From: Octopus vulgaris
Lineage: Eukaryota
Assembly (NCBI GenBank): GCA_951406725.2
Contig: OX597815.1
Location: forward strand, 176,824,001-176,888,000
Direction of reading: 5' to 3'
DNA: 64,000 nt
Both the position numbers and the translations under genes were made by a program. The notes under the pieces are model-generated. The model did no database searches. It saw only the letters and a list, made by a program, of their open reading frames with translations, and was not told the origin of the DNA. Shown piece after piece: positions 53,094-64,000 of the stretch (positions within the stretch are counted from its first letter, which is position 1; each line of letters begins with the position of its first letter).

Positions 53094-53501
53094 TTTTCTA
53101 TCTCTCAATCTATCTCTCCATTCAACAAGGTTTATGACTGTTTCTCGTTAAAATCTAATTAAATAGCAAGTCGCCTATAAATTCGTATAATCTTCGCATT
53201 CAGCCTGACGGTATATCCATCAGTCTACCTGTCTGTTGGTCGTTCGGTGTAATTGTCTGTCAACGGGTCCGTCCGTTTTTTGTTTTCATGTTAGCCTAAC
53301 AATTATTCGCTGTTACTACAGCCTCAACGAGCGAGGAGTCTCTCGCTCAGATATTCCTAGACATAGACACATATAAATATTTATACACAGATATTATATG
53401 CGTGGAATATATGTTTGCGGGGATTCGTTGCGTAAATTACAAAGATGAATCTCTATGTATACACATGTATGTTTAAGCAAACCTAAACATACAATGCAGA
53501 G

Positions 53502-53538
<37 letters not shown>

Positions 53539-53549
53539 CATATGTATAT

Positions 53550-53755
53550 ATACATATACATGGATGTATATATATACATATATATATATATACATATACA
53601 TGGATGTATATATATACATATACATGGATGTATATATATACATATACATGGATGTATATATATACATATACATGGATGCATATATATACATGGATGTATA
53701 TATATACATATACATGGATGCATATATATACATGGATGTATATATATACATGAAT
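53550..53755. repeat. Minisatellite built from (TA)n: catggatg(ta)n units
   Basis: Direct reading. Confidence 0.9.
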
Positions 53756-54390
53756 ATATTTATATAAATACATATATGTATACATGTTTATATGTACACA
53801 TACATATTTGTGTATGCGTATATATATATATACTTGAACATGTATCTATATATAGAGATGTATATATCTACCTACCTACATGTGTGTGTATATATATATA
53901 TATATACATACATACATATAGGTGTGTATATGCAAGCATGTCTCATGTCTCATGATATGTAACCAATAAAATATAATTCTGTGCAGAAGAGGTGTTTTTC
54001 AATTTACATGTGTCCACAATTATGTGAATACATACGTACATACGTGTGTGTGAACATACACATAATATTGAATATACATATATATATATATATTCCTGTC
54101 AGAGTATATATGTAAGTATGCGTTCACATATGTATGTATGTAAATGGAAAAGCACCGTCTCTGTACTGCATTACATCTTACCCGTTTGATACGGTATTCC
54201 CATTGATTGTGCAAACACTTACGATAAGGTTTCTACCTAAATCTCAGAGAAAGCACGACTCGCAGTCAAATTTATACCCGACACACCAGTAAATGAGTGA
54301 GTCAAAAAGACACTGTTTTCTGTCAACTTTAACCAGGTGAAGGAAAACAGTCGAGGTGAAGGAAAATACCTTCTAACGAAACATATAAAG

Positions 54391-54490
<100 letters not shown>

Positions 54491-54874
54491 CCTACCTACC
54501 TACCTACCTACCTACCTACCTACCTACCTACCTACCTACCTACCTACCTACCTATCTATCTATCTATCTATCTATCTATATCTACCTACCTACCTATCTA
54601 TCTACCTACCTATCTACCTACCTATCTATATCTATCTACCTACCTACCTACACGCATATACTTTCTCTCTCAAACACACACAAATATTTATGCATATCAA
54701 CAATTCACATGCTAAAGACAACAGTGAGTTTGAACGTCTGTCCCATTCGTCTTTGTTTAACGACTTACCTACGCAAGTCTTTGAGTAATCGTCAGAATTT
54801 TTCCTGTGAATGTTTAATCTGTATGCATTCGAATTTTGATATAGAACTTGCAGACATACAGAAACTATATATAT

Positions 54875-55150
54875 GAGACCCCCTTCGCTCACGACACAGA
54901 CCATGGGATTGCACCTAGAAAGTTACCCTCCCAGGCACAAGTCAGAGCAAGGTTGTTTATGGAGGACCAGCAGTCGCCCATGCATACCATCTTCCCTTCT
55001 CCACACCACCAGTGTTATCCAAGGCAAAGGCTTGGCACCTGAGTGAACTGGAGCAACGTGAAATAGTGTCTTGCAGCCCGGTCCGGGATCGAACTCATAA
55101 TCTCACGATCGTAAGCTCAACGCTCTAACCACTGAGCAATGCGCCTTCAC
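54875..55150 (-). mobile_element. SINE family D, tRNA-derived
   Basis: Head gaaggcgcattgctcagtggttagagcg...gagttcgatcccggacc; flanked by (TA)n. Confidence 0.8.
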
Positions 55151-55757
55151 TATATATATATATATATATATATACGCGCATCTTTATATGCATGTGCGTG
55201 TGTGTGTGGTGTAGAGAGAGGGAGGGCAGGACGAGAGATTTTATAAATGAAAAGAAAAATATATTTATCCACGATAATTAAGAAATGAATTGCTTTCGGG
55301 TGTTTCAGGTCTAATGATATATTATTGCAGTGGATCCAAAAGGGGTGGGGTGGGTCAATTTGCCTCCATTATACAGAATCGGCTAAAACGATCGTTTTGA
55401 GCAAAGTATTTAGAACAAAAGTAGAAATTTATCATCATTTTCCCTTCTTACCTTGGCTGTGATCAACTGCCGTTTTAGGAAGATAAAAAATAATGAAAAG
55501 TATAATTACATAATTTATCATTTATAATTAAATGAATATGAAAAACTTAAGAGGATTTGTTCACCTAAATGATTAGGAAGGAATATTGAGTTGCATTAAT
55601 GCAAAAGCCGCTGAGGGTGAATACTGGTTAAATACATTGATAGAGTGAGAAACACGGGAAGAGGAACAAAAACAGACGCCGCCCTAAATGTTAGCATACG
55701 CGCACACACCGGCTTTTCTTGGATTATTTATTTCTTCCCTCAGAACCTTTCCTCTTT

Positions 55758-55790
55758 TTTTCGACGAAGAGCCAGGCTCGAAACGTTATT
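55758..55790 (+). ncRNA. Degenerate hammerhead-like motif
   Basis: tcGACGA a gagc cag gctc GAAA cg T T; related to 63766-63800, with similar downstream gagcgtcaatctaata / gagggtcaaactaata. Confidence 0.4.
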
Positions 55791-55899
55791 ATACCCAACT
55801 CATTCTTCTCTCTTAAAATGAGCGTCAATCTAATATATTTACTCTGAACGCCCTTTTAACATTCCGTGTATCGTTTATATTTTCATTTTCGATTTGCCC

Positions 55900-56063
55900 A
55901 TATACATGTGTGTGTACGTATATACCTATATATATGTATATATATATACACATACACACAAAGCATGCATATAAGTACATACACATACCCATATATAAAT
56001 GTATTTATACATATAAAAGCTTATGTGTTTGGGTGTGCCTGTGTGTCTATGAGTGTGTATGTG

Positions 56064-56095
<32 letters not shown>

Positions 56096-56130
56096 TATAT
56101 ATATATATATGTATATATATATACATACAT

Positions 56131-56175
<45 letters not shown>

Positions 56176-56184
56176 CATACATAT

Positions 56185-56219
<35 letters not shown>

Positions 56220-56238
56220 CATACATATACACACACAC

Positions 56239-56271
<33 letters not shown>

Positions 56272-56354
56272 CATATATACACATGCATATATATATATAC
56301 ATACATATATACACATGCATATATATATATATACATACATACACACACACACAC

Positions 56355-56401
<47 letters not shown>

Positions 56402-56446
56402 TATACATATATATATATATATACATACATATACACACACACACAC

Positions 56447-56484
<38 letters not shown>

Positions 56485-56535
56485 ATACACACATATATAT
56501 ATATATATACACACACATACATAGACACATGTATA
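55900..56535. repeat. Long compound (TA)n/(CA)n tract
   Basis: Direct reading; source of many spurious ORFs. Confidence 0.95.
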
Positions 56536-56952
56536 TCGGTGCGCACAGAGCAAATCAGCAGTTGCATAATTAAAAACGCAATGAATGGGACCTGTTGAGT
56601 TAACAAGCCTCAGTCCTTCTTGTGTCACATTTTAAGGGGTTGTCGAGGGACGAATATGTGTGTATATGAATGTCTAGATATGAAGATATAATCATATCAC
56701 CATGCATATCAATACATCTATGCATATAGATATACAAACACATTCACACATATAAATGTGCATGTATTTGCATATACATAAACGTATATACACTTAAGTA
56801 TTTAAAATATCATAGAAAATATAAGAGGGTTGAGTAAAATAAAGCGGTATTCATGATCTGTGGACACGAATGTGTATCTTGAGGCCCGCGTTTGCCTTGC
56901 AAATCTTTCGGCAAATGAGGACTTAGTTTACTCGAGTGCTTGTGGGTCATTT

Positions 56953-57313
56953 ACTGTGTGTTTCCTTGAATGGGCCAAGGCCTGTGTTTTCTTGAGTGGG
57001 CCAAGGCCTGTGTTTTCTTGAGTGGGCCAAGGACTGTGTTTTCTTGAGTGGGCCAAGGCCTGTGGTTTCTTGAGTGGGCCAAGGCCTGTGGTTTCTTGAA
57101 TGGGCCAAAGCTTGTGGTTTCTTGAATGGGCCAAAGCTTGTGTTTTCTTGAGTGGGCCAAGGCCTTTGTTTATCTTGAGTGGACCAAGGCCTGTGGTTTC
57201 TTGAGTGGGCTAAGGCCTGTGGTTTCTTGAGTGGGTCAAGGCCTTTGTTTATCTTGAGTGGGCCAAGGCCTGTGGTTTCTTGAGTGGGCCAAGGCCCGTG
57301 TTTTTCTGAGTGG
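56953..57313. repeat. 26-bp minisatellite, about 14 units
   Basis: Consensus tttcttgagtgggccaaggcctgtg(g/t); gggcc recurs at 56972, 56998, 57024. Confidence 0.95.
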
Positions 57314-58420
57314 ACTGCAAGATCTCAGTTACAGGTAAAGTTTTCATTGAGAAGAGCAGTGTTTTACCAGCGCGCCTTAATGCTTGCACAATGTTGGCCC
57401 CGACGTTGGAGTCGACTTTCATCAAATCTTTGCAATGATGAGAAGCAAGATCGACATCAGCTCCTACGTTCTGATGTTTTGTTTCCCCAGTAAAGAAAAG
57501 GAATTTTGTATAGAATTGAGATTGTCTTTTAGTCTGTCTATGAAGCTCAAGAGTGGCCGTCCAACAGACCTTGGTGAGGAGGAATAATTGTTGGACACCT
57601 TGCGGAACAAAAAACAAAAAAAGCCCGTCATGGGGCGGAGGAATTCACGAGTAGTCAATAGCCATCCCCACCAAAAAAGAAAATGTCTGTACATTTGTAT
57701 AGCTTTTATATATCTTATTTATACTCTTATATTTTAGTATGTTTTTACTTTTAATGCATTTATATATATATATATGGGGTAGACGGGGGTTCTTAGCCAT
57801 GGTGAAGGCAATCCGTGTGGGAGATGGAAAACTTTGATATAAAACCAGGTTTGTGGGTTTCTGAATGCTGACGGTCCCCTTAGTTGGTATGGTCGATCAG
57901 CATCTACTTATATATATATATACATACACACATGTACACTGGTAGACATGTTAATAAACATACTCAAGTATACTTCTGTGTAGATATACCTGATTACTAA
58001 TATATATAGTCATACACACTCACACGCACCTATATAGATACATACTCGCGCAGACGTATAGATACAAACAACCATATAAATACTCCCGTCAAAATTAAAG
58101 TTGCATGAATGTGTATAGATAAATACCATCAATCAAAAACAATGAGATATACAATTACAAAAGAAAAACAAGCAGAAGCGATATCAATTATAAAATGTAT
58201 AAAGAATATTTCTATGTTTGTAATAAAAGTATTAGCTTATATGTTAAGTGTCATAAAATATAGAGGAAGTATCTTAACCAGAGAAGTAGATGGAAGTGTT
58301 ACAGCTCGATCAAGCTGATAACATAATGTATGTTGTTGTAATTATTGTTGTTTGGATATGAACATCAAGAGAAGGGAAATTTTCGTCTACGTTTTGTAGA
58401 GAAGAGAAAGGAGCTTTGCG

Positions 58421-58840
58421 CAGGCGTGGCTGTGTGGTAAGGAGTGTACTTTCTCAAACACTTAGTTTCGGGTTCAGTACTACGGCGTAGTGGGTATCTA
58501 TCTTTTATAGACTCGGGCCGACAAAGCCTTGAGTGGATTTGGTTGGCGGAAACTGAGAGAATCCCATCGAGACTATGAAAAATTAAAACACAAAAGGGAA
58601 ATATTTATATGTGTGTGTGTGTGTGTGTTTGTGTGTGTGCGTGCGCGCACCTTCGACAACCGGTGTTGGTGCATTTACTTCACCGCAATATAGCGGTTCG
58701 GCAAAAGGAACCGATAGAATAAGAAACATGCCCAACAAATAAAAAGTAAGTATTTGGAGTCGATTCATTCGGCTAAAATTTCTTCAAAGCAATGCCCCAG
58801 CATGGGCGCAGTCTAATGACTAATACAAGTAAACGATAAC
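58421..58840 (+). mobile_element. Older SINE family B copy
   Basis: Diverged colinear match. Confidence 0.75.
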
Positions 58841-59138
58841 CGATTAAGTGGTAATAGTTGAGAGTAATCTCCTGCTCGGAATTTGGCAACCAATTTTGGC
58901 CAGGAGCAGGGATCTCTGTAATCTCATCGGTACATATCCGGTGGGGCTTTCTTTCACACCCTCAGAAGAATTGGAGGGATTTTATAATGGCGTAATCCAA
59001 TTGCGAAGGAATGTTCTTGGCTTTGAGATTGAAAATCTATTCAACATGGGACGTGGAGGCCTTTTGGGGAATGCATGGGAAAGTTAATGAGGGCATTACC
59101 AAACAGCTTGGAATTGGATGTGAAACCTATGCAGAAGG

Positions 59139-59207
<69 letters not shown>

Positions 59208-59310
59208 TCTCTCTCTCTCCAACGCGCACACATACATACATTTACACATACACAGAGGCATAAACAAACACACCGTAACACCTCTACATAGATAGACAGA
59301 TAAGTAGGTA

Positions 59311-59491
59311 GGTAGTTGGAGTTGGCTGTGTGGTAAGTAGCTTGCTAACCAACCGCATGGTTCCAGGTTCAGTCCCACTGCGTGGCATCTTGGGCAAGTG
59401 TCTTCTGCTGTAGCCCCGGGCCGATCAAAGCCTTGTGAGTGGATTTGGTAGACGGAAACTGAAAGAAGCCTGTCGTATATATATATCTATC

Positions 59492-59526
<35 letters not shown>

Positions 59527-59730
59527 ATGTGTTTGACCCCCTAGCATTGTTTGACAACCGATGCTGGTGTGTTTACGTCCCCGTAACATAGCGGTTCGGC
59601 AAAAGAGACCGATAGAATAAGTACTGGGCTTACAAAGAATAAATCCAGGGGTCGATTTTCTCGACTAAAGGCGGTGCTCCAGCATGGCCGCAGTCAAATG
59701 ACTGAAACAAGTAAAAGAGAGTAAAAGAGT
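59311..59730 (+). mobile_element. SINE family B, full length
   Basis: Match to the family B copies. Confidence 0.9.
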
Positions 59731-59942
59731 ATATATAAATAAACACATGTATATATGCATTGATGTTTTCTTTTATGTTGTAATAGGGTCAGTTTATATT
59801 AAATTGAAGGATTACTTAAAACGTTTGGTAGAGTACAAATCCATTAATCTTTTGCGAGAATAGCATTGATAGTGACTTCGAAGTTTCAGCCATCTGTGCC
59901 ATTATGTATGTATGTATGTATATTTGTGTGGATACATGTTTG

Positions 59943-60035
<93 letters not shown>

Positions 60036-60296
60036 TAGGCATGGCCTGGGCGAATTCTGGCCGAAACTTATCTAAATATACAGTGTACATCTAGGTACAA
60101 GTATACATACGTTAGCTTACTCAGGTACATTTGTTTATCTGTCTACTAATCGTCATAAGCGTATAAAGAGTTACGTCCATGACGTGTGTATGCATGTATG
60201 TAGGTATGAATGTGTGTGTATATATATATATATATATATTTTCATATACGTATACGTACATATATATTCATATACGTATACGTACATATATATACG

Positions 60297-60336
<40 letters not shown>

Positions 60337-60461
60337 AGTAAATGTGTGTATATATACGTATATATATATATTTGAAACGGAGAGAACTAACGAAGTTGAA
60401 TCACTGTTTTGTTCCATACATATAACTCCCTATATGTTGAGGGCCCTTCTTTCGTTTGTCC

Positions 60462-60496
60462 AAACTCGCGAACCTCGAGTAACTGTTACTTCTGCT

Positions 60497-60592
<96 letters not shown>

Positions 60593-60632
60593 CATTTAGC
60601 AGAAGTAACAGTTACTCGAGGTTCGCAAGTTT
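60462..60632. repeat. 35-bp inverted arms enclosing a (TA)n(CA)n(TA)n microsatellite
   Basis: aaactcgcgaacctcgagtaactgttacttctgct / agcagaagtaacagttactcgaggttcgcaagttt. Confidence 0.9.
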
Positions 60633-60653
60633 ACATATACATACACACATACA

Positions 60654-60882
60654 TAGAGTGGCCGAAAAGTAGGTTTACAGTTATCAGTTTGTCATAATTC
60701 TTTTAAAACATTTTATTACATTTAAATTTCAATCTTACAAACTGAAAAGGGAGCTTGACAAAATTAACTCAGCATAGAATAATGGTTTCATATTTTTTTT
60801 TTAGAATTAAGATCTAAACTGTTAATATATGAATGCGAAAGAGATAATTGAATAACTGCAAACCTAATTTTGGACCACCCTG
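60654..60882. mobile_element. Tc1/mariner-type MITE
   Basis: Imperfect TIRs agagtggccgaaaagtaggtttacagtt / aactgcaaacctaattttggaccaccctg followed by TA. Confidence 0.7.
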
Positions 60883-60890
60883 TATATATA

Positions 60891-61297
60891 GGCGCAAACG
60901 TGGCTCTGTGGTAAGAAGCCTGCTTCCAACCACGCGATTCCACTTTTAGTCCTAGTCTGTATCACCTTGGGCAAATATCTTCTGTTAAAGCTTCGGGTCG
61001 AAGAAAGCCTTACGAGTGGATTTAGTAGACGGAAACTGAAAGAAGCCCGTCTCGTGTATATATATATGTATATATATGTATATATATATATACGTGTGTG
61101 TTTTTTCCCCTATCACTGCTTGACAACCGGTTTTGGTTTCTTTAAGTCACTGTAACTTAGCACTTCGGCACAAGAGACCGACAGAAAAAGTACTAGGCCA
61201 TAAGAAAACAAGTTCTGGAGTCGATTTCTTTGATTAAAACCCTTCGATTCGTTGCTCTAACTTGGCCTCAGTCAAATGACAAAAGTAAATAAAAGAA
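60891..61297 (+). mobile_element. Older SINE family B copy
   Basis: Diverged colinear match. Confidence 0.78.
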
Positions 61298-62293
61298 TTA
61301 CACATACATACATACATACATTGATGTAAAGGAACATTTATTCGCATATTCTCATATATGTCTTTGTGTGTGTGTGTTTATCGAGAATATCTTGACGCTT
61401 GTACACGTGGATAGCTGTTTAATTATAAAATAGAAAGACTAGACAACTCGTCTGTCAAGCTTTGGAAAGTAGGCGACACTTTTTCTCTTCATTTTTTTTT
61501 TTATATATATTTTTTCTTGATAGGTTTTTATTATCTAATCGTCTTCCTGATATAATATTTAACCGAGGTCAACTTTACCTTGTGGATAGATGAAGTAGAG
61601 GACCAGTCGCCTGCTGGAGTCGATATAATAATCTAATCCTTGTACTCAAAATTGCCCGCTTTTTTGCTTCTGTTGGGAAGGTGATAGAATATTTAAACTG
61701 CCGGACAAAATGCCTTGTGCTCTTTCTTCCGACGTTCTGGGTATAAATTTGGCAAAGAACAATGTCTCTAGTGATTGCGAAACGAGAAGATAAAATTAAA
61801 TAAAATCATGGGGCCGATGTGCTTTCGTAACCCGACAAAACTTTTAGCCCTCTACCGAAATTCTTCTTCTTCTTCTTCTTCTTCTTCTTGTAGTCGTTGT
61901 TATAGTTCCTCTTCCCCTGGTTGCTGTTGTTGTTCTTCTTTCCTTTCTTCCTTCTTACATAATGCACAGAACATCGGCAAAATACCTTAAAATCAATTTC
62001 ATTTAGTTTCAGATTTCGAATCCCCTCAATGTTGTCTTACCTTTCCATCCCTTACATATCGATAAAATATTTCACCAATCAAGGGCTATTGTCAATGCAA
62101 CTGAGCAAATCCCTTCTTCAACGTCTCATCTCTTACGATTTCTTAGAAACAAAGAATCGCTAGGAAGCCTATATTTGTTCTGCAACTTTACATTCTGCTT
62201 TGAATTTCCACCCCAATATTGATAAAATAAAGTATATGCCACGATGTAGGGTCGATATATTATATCTATGTTATAATAAGTCTTTATTATTAT

Positions 62294-62707
62294 CTCTTTC
62301 TCTCTTTTACTTGTTTCAGTCATTTGACTGCGGCCATGCTGAAGCACCGCCTTTAATCGAGCAACTCGACCCCGGGACTTATTCTTTGTAAGCCCAGTAC
62401 TTATTCTATCGGTCTCTTTTGCCGAACCGCTAATGACGCGGACATAAACACACCAGCATCGGTTGTCAAGCAATGCTAGGGGGAGAAACACAGACACACA
62501 AACATACACGCACACACACACACATATACATATATACATATATACGACAGGCTTCTTTCAGTTTCCGTCTACCAAATCCACTCACAAGGCTTTGGTCGGC
62601 CCGAGGCTATAGTAGAAGACACTTGCCCAAGGTGCCACGCAGTGGGACTGAACCCGGAACCATGTGGTTGGTAAGCAAGCTACTTACCACGCAGCCACTC
62701 CTGCACC
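62294..62707 (-). mobile_element. SINE family B, full length
   Basis: Near-identical to 45381-45795. Confidence 0.92.
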
Positions 62708-63067
62708 TATTATTATTATTATTATTATTGTTCGAATGTTTTGAGATAACCAGAAACAGTACTGGGTGCCATACCTCTATCATCACACAACGAACGGCAC
62801 GTGCAATGCAAATTCTGCTGGGGTTGGGTGCCGCTCTACTATTATTGTTCAGCTTATATGTTAACCTGATATAGCAATCATTTTCTTATAGATCAAACGA
62901 AGGTTTAAGTTTATTAGACTATATTCACCACCAAAAACAATGATAAAATAGGTGTTATTTTGTCTCCGAAGTTGGGATCATGCTGGAGCACTGCTTAGTG
63001 TTGGGAAACATTACAAATATACGTCCATTCTCCATTTTTGTCTTATCTACGTTCACTTCGATAAAAC

Positions 63068-63107
<40 letters not shown>

Positions 63108-63216
63108 CAAGGAAACATTGTAAAAATGCAGAATGCTAAATTGAAGGAAAATTTTAATGCAAATGGGTGTACGGAAAAAGTTTTTGAAAAATTGATAAAA
63201 TATATAAATATATATT

Positions 63217-63258
63217 AATTCAAACCGGTTTTCGTCATAATGTGACTCTTCAAGAATT
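63217..63258 (-). ncRNA. Minimal hammerhead motif (mirror copy)
   Basis: Exact reverse complement of 63299-63340. Confidence 0.7.
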
Positions 63259-63298
63259 GTAAAGGAAAAAATTAAAAAGAAAAAATTTTTTCCTTTAC

Positions 63299-63340
63299 AA
63301 TTCTTGAAGAGTCACATTATGACGAAAACCGGTTTGAATT
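63299..63340 (+). ncRNA. Minimal type-I hammerhead motif
   Basis: aattc TTGAAGA gtca catta tgac GAAA ACCGGT T T gaatt; C3U core variant; UUU triplet. Confidence 0.7.
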
Positions 63341-63485
63341 AATATATATTTATATATTTTATCAATTTTTCAAAAACTTTTTCCATACACCCATTTGCAT
63401 TAAAATTTTCCTTCTGCATTTTTACAAATTTTCCTTGCTTATCATTTCTCCACGTGCGGTCAACACAACCCTACTATTTATTGAT

Positions 63486-63562
<77 letters not shown>

Positions 63563-63593
63563 AATCTGTAAGTGTATATGCATATAAACATAC

Positions 63594-63649
<56 letters not shown>

Positions 63650-63765
63650 CAATCTGTAAGTGTATATGCATATAAACATACGTACATAAATTGGCACATT
63701 CAAATCGTTTTGAACCGCTGAAATCTACGAGTATTTTTTGTTCTCCATTTATTTTCCTTTATTCC

Positions 63766-63800
63766 TTTCTGTTGAAGAGCGTAGACTCGAACCATAAGAC
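63766..63800 (+). ncRNA. Degenerate hammerhead-like motif
   Basis: CTGtTGA a gagc gtag actc GAAc. Confidence 0.35.
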
Positions 63801-64000
63801 ATTCATTTCCCCGAGGGTCAAACTAATACACTAGTTGTTCATACACCTGTCTTCATCTTTTGTTTTTCCATGAATTCCAATTATATTTATATATATATAT
63901 ACATACATATTCATATTCATACACGCACAAAAATATATACATATACTTGTATATTTGTTTGCGTATATAGGTATGTGTGTGTGTCTCTTTCCATCTGTTT

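Larger units (their letters stand above)
63106..63439. mobile_element. Near-perfect 334-bp palindrome with a hammerhead motif on each strand
   Basis: About 160-bp arms differing by a 12-bp indel and a few substitutions; about 10-bp spacer; starts directly after (TA)n. Confidence 0.85.

Noticed and set aside
56953-57313. CRISPR-like array
   Set aside because: Units are contiguous with no unique spacers, there are no cas genes, and the context is eukaryotic

Overview
AT-rich, microsatellite-saturated eukaryotic DNA. The repeat landscape looks like an octopod cephalopod (inferred from remembered SINE types, not verified). No intact host protein-coding gene is supported, and nearly all listed ORFs are microsatellite or transposon artefacts. 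The window holds decayed transposons: an R4/Dong-like RLE non-LTR element in (TAA)n, a DD34D mariner, a Buster/Charlie hAT, a Helitron, a DD36E Tc1-like element, and RTE and CR1/L2-group LINE fragments. It also holds at least four tRNA-derived SINE families and one candidate promoter plus first exon at about 50.7-51.1 kb. The main hidden signal is a set of minimal type-I hammerhead-ribozyme motifs: stem I - YYGANGA - stem II - GAAA - 6-nt palindrome - UH - stem I. They are carried by short non-coding elements mostly next to (TA)n tracts. These include a 355-nt direct tandem (retrozyme-like), a two-copy fold-back family, and a near-perfect 334-bp palindrome with a ribozyme on each strand. Different families use different palindromes (CTCGAG, CAATTG, CAGCTG-like, ACCGGT). 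All alignments and folds were done by eye; boundaries are approximate unless TSDs or TIRs are cited.
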